Source: Oikopleura dioica
Lineage: Eukaryota; Animalia; Chordata
DNA length: 64,000 nucleotides
Direction of reading: 5' to 3'
Assembly (NCBI GenBank): GCA_907165135.1
Contig: OU015566.1
Coordinates: 9,362,001 to 9,426,000 of the forward strand
In this document: positions 58,050-64,000 of the stretch, one piece after another
Numbering within the stretch: position 1 is the first letter of the stretch
Layout of the letters: every line of letters starts with the position of its first letter
Notes under the pieces: model-generated
Database searches by the model: none
What the model was told of the DNA's origin: nothing
What the model saw: the letters and a program-made list of their open reading frames with translations, nothing else
Translations under genes and position numbers: made by a program

Positions 58050-58826
58050 ATGGATATCACGTGGGCAACAAACTTGCCGCTCAAAATAACAGTCGCTCGG
58101 GAATCAAAGGACCCAAGTCGTCCGTCAGACCAGAAGATTTACTACACATCGACGAAGTTGCTTTCATTTTTGCCCGTTACAGTCAATCAAACACGCCAAT
58201 TTTTCAACAGGGAGAAGGAAACACCTGTCTGGTTCTCTTATCAAGGATCTGCGATAAGGTTAGGATTATTTTACTGCCTTTTTACAGTACTTCCTAGGTG
58301 GCATCTTCCCGTTGGGCTTTTACTCGACCTCTACAATGTATCCACTGATGTTTGGCCTATTGAAGTCAATTTCTCTCCAGTGCCCCCTGAGATTGAAGAC
58401 CTTTCTATGTCACTACTGGAGTCGAGCTTCTGCATGTCGCTAAAAGAAGCGGACCAAATCCGCTCACGCTCCGAAAGAATCAACCTTTTCCAAAAACAAG
58501 ACTTCAAACGCCTCTGGAACGCGATACAAAACTCATCACTCGAGGAATGGCGCTCGGTCGCCAATCAACTTCTTCGCAGCAAAAACGGCGATTTTAAAAT
58601 CCCAGTAAAATTTCACTATGACAACACGTACTTCCAAAACCCCACGGAAGTTGAGGACACTGTGCAAGCTGCTCTTGAAAAAGCCTTGGCAGGGCACCAA
58701 TTCAGCCCAGAAAATTTCAAAGTCGTTTTGCTCGGCACTGAGCTAGCAGCAGACATGCCTTTGCGCGAGCTTTCGGACTTTTCTTATCCCGATACTTTTC
58801 TTCATCTTGTACTTCAAAGAGCGTAA
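58050..58826 (+). CDS. ATG5: Autophagy protein 5
   Basis: VWFSYQGSAIR|WHLPVGLLLDL..PWPIEVNFS (here VWPIEVNFS), FCMSLKEAD, DFKRLWNAI, IPVKFHY, LSYPDTFLHLVL (here FSYPDTFLHLVL). One 39-nt intron at 58259-58297. Confidence 0.9.
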   Translation: MDITWATNLPLKITVARESKDPSRPSDQKIYYTSTKLLSFLPVTVNQTRQFFNREKETPVWFSYQGSAIRLGLFYCLFTVLPRWHLPVGLLLDLYNVSTDVWPIEVNFSPVPPEIEDLSMSLLESSFCMSLKEADQIRSRSERINLFQKQDFKRLWNAIQNSSLEEWRSVANQLLRSKNGDFKIPVKFHYDNTYFQNPTEVEDTVQAALEKALAGHQFSPENFKVVLLGTELAADMPLRELSDFSYPDTFLHLVLQRA

Positions 58827-59094
58827 AATTCTTGTCTTTAAAATCTACCTAAAGTTCAGTTCCTTCAAAAGCTTTTCCTCTAACTCTCATCCATTTCAAT
58901 TATTAACACACCCATTGAAACAAAAAAATCTTTAAAAATTCATTTATTTCCAGCGTCGTCTGGAATTTTCTAGAATTGTTGTTCCCTAAAAACTTACTCA
59001 TCCGATTCACTCATTCGAGCTTTTGTAAATACAAATTTCATTTCTGAAAGTAAGCCATTTCCGAATTTTTTCTTCATCCTTTTTGATTTCAGAG

Positions 59095-61062
59095 ATGACC
59101 GCCGGAAACGCAGCAGCACCTGCGAAAGCGCCAGTCGGCAAACTTGGAGAAGGAGCCTTCAAGGACAAGGAGAAGCCAACTCATGTAAGTGTTAATTTCT
59201 AAAATCATTATTGTAAACCGTCTTAGATCCGAATGTCCAACATTGAAGCCGCCAAGGCCGTTGCAGACGCTGTCCGAACCTCCCTTGGTCCCAAGGGTAT
59301 GGATAAAATGATCAAGGACGACAAGGGTAACGTCACAATCACCAACGATGGTGCCACTATTCTCCAGCGAATGAAGGTCCTCCACCCAGCTGCTCGTATG
59401 CTTGTCGAACTCAGTAAAGCTCAAGATATTGAGGTAAGGTTCATGTCGTTTACCTTCATTTTAAACTTCTTCTCAGGCTGGAGACGGAACCACAACTGTC
59501 GTTGTTGTCTGCGGTGCCCTACTTGAAGCTGCCAAGAAGCTTTTGAGCCATGGTATCCATCCAACCAAGATCTCGGATGCCTTCCAGCGGGCTGCTTCCG
59601 AAGCCTTCAATGTCATCGAAACGATGAAGATCGAATTCGATCTTTCAAACAAGGAAGCCATGATGAAAGCCTGTGCCACCTCTCTCAGCTCCAAAGTCAT
59701 CAACACTCATTCTCTCCACATGAGTGAGCTGTGCAGCAACGCCGTCTTGAAGGTCGCCGATCCAGAGAAGAACTCGCTCGATCTCAAGGACATCAAAATC
59801 GTTGCCAAGGTTGGAGGCACCTTAGACGATACCGAGCTTGTTGATGGTCTCTGCTTGGACAGCAATGCGATGGGCACCACTAGACGAATGGAGAAGGCCA
59901 AGGTTGCGTTGATTCAATTCCAGCTTTCTCCACCAAAGACTGACATGGAAAACCAGGTACCAAATCAATACACCCATAAAGACTCAGAAGAGTAATTTTA
60001 GGTCGTCATCAACGACTACAGTCAAATGGATCGAGTCCTAAAGGAAGAGCGACAGTACACTCTTAACCTCGTCAAGGCGATCAAAAAATCCGGAGCCAAC
60101 GTGCTCCTCGTCCAAAAGAGCATCCTTCGAGATGCTATCTCTGATTTAGCTATTCACTACTTGAACAAGCTCAAAATTATGGTCATCAAGGGTAAGCTAC
60201 TCTTCAGAAACAGACTTCATTTACCATTCTCATAGACATCGAACGAACTGACGTGCCTTTTATTTGCAAAACTCTTGGATGTCACCCTGTCGCCTCAGCT
60301 GATCACTTTACGCCTGAAGCCCTTGCCAACGTTGACCTTGTCGAAGAGATCTCGATCGGTGGTGAATCCAACTGCACCAAGGTTAGTTGTCTCGTTGTAA
60401 TGAAAAACTCACCTTTTCATCTTAGTTTACTGGAATTCAAAATGCTGGAAAGACTGTTTCTCTTCTCATCCGAGCTTCCAACGAAAATCTCCTCGCCGAG
60501 GTAAGACACTCGTTTTTGATGCAGAAAGAACTGAAATTTTAGGCTGATCGATCAATCCACGATGCTCTCTGCGTCCTCAGATGCCTTGTCAAGAAGCGAG
60601 CTCTCGTAGCTGGAGGCGGAGCTGTCGAGTCTGAGCTGGCACTCAAACTTGGTCAGCGAGCCAAGGAAATCGGTGGTGTTGATGGCTACTGTCTCCAGCG
60701 ATACGCTGAAGCCATGGAGGTAATAATATATTTTTGATATTCAGTTTCTTATTCGCTATCTAGGTCGTTCCATACACTCTTGCCGAAAATGCTGCTCTGA
60801 ATCCTATTGAAGTGGTTACTGAGTTGAGAAAACGACATAATGCTGGTGAAAACAGCGCGGGTATCAACGTCAGAAAGGTCAGTGTCGAACTTGTTGAAAT
60901 CAAGGAAGACTAACTTCATTCCAGGCTGGCGTGAGCGACATGCAACGAGAAGATGTTCTCCAGCCGATGCTCGTGTCGACTTCTATGATCACACTTGCTA
61001 CAGAGACTGTGCGTTCTATTCTCAAAATCGACGACATCGTCAACGTCGTCGGTCGAGGCTAA
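59095..61062 (+). CDS. CCT4: T-complex protein 1 subunit delta
   Basis: [64 protein letters not shown]-type motif (here [21 protein letters not shown]), [16 protein letters not shown]. Confidence 0.97.
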
Positions 61063-61383
61063 TAATGCTGTTATAGAATTTTCACCATTGCCCTGTCACA
61101 GTGTCATGTACCTCGCACGCATTTATTACATCTAGTCCTACACCTATTTCCTTTTTTTTCTCTAGAATATTTTTGTTATAATTTTAGTACCAATTCCCTT
61201 TCATAGTTCACAAATACCATCAATGGCTTCACTCCCCGTTTTTGACAATTCTGACATTAGAGAGCGAACACACCGAAACCTGTACTGTTACTTTTTTTGA
61301 AAAAATACATAAAACCTTATAATCAAACTGGCTTTGAGAAAATATAATGCCTTCGATTTTTCAGCAGATAGCCCTGTACTGAA

Positions 61384-63629
61384 ATGTCGGATCGAAATGG
61401 CGAGGTGATGGTTTTAAGTGTGCCTGAGCAAGTTACTTCCCCCACTCTACCGGGACCAGCAGGCGAGTCTGGTTCTCTCACTTCTTTGCAGGAAAAGGTT
61501 CAGCCAGCGCATCAGCCACTCACAATTATAAGGCAAAGCTGAACCTAGAAAAAGAGCGGCTTGAGTCGAGAAGCGTTCTATGAAAATGACGACAACGAGC
61601 TAAAGCGCGAGTCGGCTATCGAGGAATTTCAAGCCGCCCTTGATAGCAAAACTTGTAAGTAAAAACTTCTCTAGAATATAATTATATCATACTTCAGCGC
61701 TGCTATCTAAAAGCTACGCGTTGCAGAATAAGCTATCCGAATACTTCAAGCGAAAGCGAGGATCTGGCGGTCTAATCCAAGTCGAATCAGTCGAAGGTAG
61801 GTCAAAGGGGAATTTATATTCTAATAAAGATCGCTAGAGATCGAGTGTCAATACAAAACAAGCATGGACAAGGTCGATGAACTCACGGCAAAGCTCAAGA
61901 AAGTTGGCTCCGACTGTAAAACCGACTTGGAAATGTTTCTCGAGCGATGCGAGGAGAAGCGCGTCTCCGTGAACGGCGATTACGAACGAGTCTTGAAGAA
62001 GAAACGGACCATCAGCCAGAGCTGCATTGTCCCGCGTTCTGGCCGCCCAGTGACCTCAAAAGGTAAGTGAAAGGTTCTTCTAATTGGGCTAAAAGCAGGT
62101 TTTAGACGTTGATGATTTCGAAGAGCAAGAGCGCAAAAAAGACGAAGAACTCGAAAAGGCCCGCCTGGAAAACATCAAGTGCAAGACAAAGCTCGAGAAG
62201 AGCGAGCTCTTGCTCAAAGAAAAGGAACAAGTGATTGAGGGTTTGAATCTCATCGACTTCGAGCAGTTGAAGATTGAAAACCAAACTTATCACGAGAAAA
62301 TTGACGAGCGAAACGAGGACCTTCAGAAGCTGCATAAGAAGATTGAGCGAACAGTGCAAATCCTTACTCATATGAAGGAGAAGCTAGAATTTGTATCGAT
62401 TGAAAATCAAGCGAAAAAGGACCAATTAGACAAGGTACGGTGTTGATTTAATTATCCTTTCTGAATTGTTTAGCGACTCGAAGTTTTTCGACTTCGATTG
62501 TTTTTATGCTAATAGCAAAAACCATTAAGGGCTATTTGATTTTCACGATTTGAACCTAATCAGTCACGTACTTCTCATAGAAGCCAGTTTTCTACACTAA
62601 AAATGGGGGAATTTAAAATCTTTTTGCCTGGGACGGCCTCGGGGCACCTAACTACCGCGTGTACAAACACCATAACCAACCGTTTCACCGGCGCGCCGCG
62701 ATTTTCTCTTTAAAAACACCAAATCTTGACGGTTTTCCGGATGTGTGTGACGTGAGATCTGCAGTCCCCTGTTTAGGAGTCTTCTCATCCGGTCGCACGC
62801 CTTCCACATCTCCGGAGCCCCCTCCCGATGCTCTCGCGCTCGGTCGAGGTTGCTCGTCATAAGCAATTTCCCAAAGACATAAAGTCCCGAAATAAGGTTT
62901 CTCTGACTTACGGCCCAACAAAATTGTAGTTACGCTTGCAATTGGTTGCACGAATGGTACTTTCTATCGACAGCTGCGTCGAACAACGCATCCCGCAACA
63001 TTTCCGTTGAGGTTTGAGTGAACGAAGTAGCTCCGAGTTTCTTCTAGGTTGAACAAGCAAAAGCACAAAACGCCGAGCCCTGGTCCCGAAGCAATAAAGT
63101 AACATAAGTTCCAACAAGTAGCTATAATCGTACGAAGTCCGTATCCAGTTAAAACGTTTCGTGACGCACATCCAACAATGGCACTACACGGGGTAGTTTG
63201 CCATATTTTTAGCACGTCATTTTTTCGAAATTTACGCCCCTTTCGGTCGCGGATTCTTTGACATTTAGTTATTCAATTTTAAGGCTGAGGCGGATCTCCA
63301 GTGCCAACGAGACGAGCTCAACCAACTCAAGCAACAACGAGAGCGCACTAGAAATAGCGCTGCCAAACTCCAGCGAAACATGGGTCTCTACGGCAAGGAG
63401 GTAAAGTTATCTCTTACGATGCGTTCCTCATAATTTCCAGGCCCTCCTGTTCGACTTTGAAGAACAAATTGACAAAACGGAGGAGATGAAGAAGGCGGTT
63501 GCTGCGTTGAAGGCTCGCCACGCAGAATTGAAGAAAGAAAACGCTGATTTGAATGGCAAGATCGGCACGAGATCATCTAATGCGACGCGCGTCAAGAGCG
63601 CAGCGACGGTCAATACAGTCAAGTTCTAA
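61384..63629 (+). CDS. CCDC96: Coiled-coil domain-containing protein 96 (CFAP184)
   Basis: EGLNLIDFEQLKIENQTYHEKIDERNEDLQKL..TVQILTHMKEKLEFV is the CCDC96 (DUF4201) signature. C-terminal GLYGKEALLFDFEE. Confidence 0.85.
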
Positions 63630-64000
63630 TTGCCATAACCTTCGTATCGCCTGCTTGCGTATATTTTCATACTGTAACTTTGCTGAGAAATTCTTCTATT
63701 TTTATAATATATAAATAATATTTTTATAAATGTCAAAGAAAAGAGTCTGAATAAGATTCTTTTCTTGTTGTTACGCAAGTTTTCTATGCTGGATGAATTT
63801 GTTTGGAAAGAGGATTTTTGAAGTCAGTATCTGATGATTAGAATTTTTGCTCGGACAGGAATAATTTACTTCTGAGTTTATCATAGAGAGAAAAACAAGG
63901 TTGCTAACCATGTAGAAGCAGCAGCTCCTAAAGCAGCTGCTGATCCCCCTGGACCGTGAGAGTGGCCGTCATCATCTGAATGCTGGTCATCATCATGATC

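Noticed and set aside
58984-59010. actcatcc similarity to the larvacean spliced-leader 5' end
   Set aside because: The match stops after ~8 nt and there is no donor or Sm site.
62526-63245. Possible TTAA-GGG element in the CCDC96 intron
   Set aside because: No matching right TIR or second TTAA.

Overview
Compact animal genomic DNA, most likely a larvacean tunicate such as Oikopleura dioica. This is inferred from gene density, dominant ~40-50 nt introns, short same-strand gene clusters, an oikosin-like Met-rich secreted protein and non-canonical splice donors. Recognisable spliced genes: FBXO4-like, a CUB membrane protein, an HS2ST/UST-type sulfotransferase, HOP2, a PLAC8/cornifelin family gene, a tetraspanin, an NCS-1/neurocalcin family EF-hand gene, MRPS15-like, COPS4, KDM5, CEP350, COPE, ATG5, CCT4 and CCDC96. 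About a dozen non-autonomous DNA transposons (MITE-like) are delimited by terminal inverted repeats (TIRs), most with target-site duplications (TSDs) of TA, TTAA, 7 bp or 8 bp. Two are nested, and no transposase ORF was recognised. The most striking observation is a 1.27 kb TIR element, itself carrying a nested hAT-like element, inserted inside a conserved coding exon of COPS4. Its 7-bp TSD (TTAG|GAC on the gene strand) supplies both ends of a GA-AG intron whose removal would restore the ancestral reading frame exactly, so it is a candidate transposon-born intron. All homology calls are from memory of family motifs, not database searches. Exon boundaries were worked out by hand.
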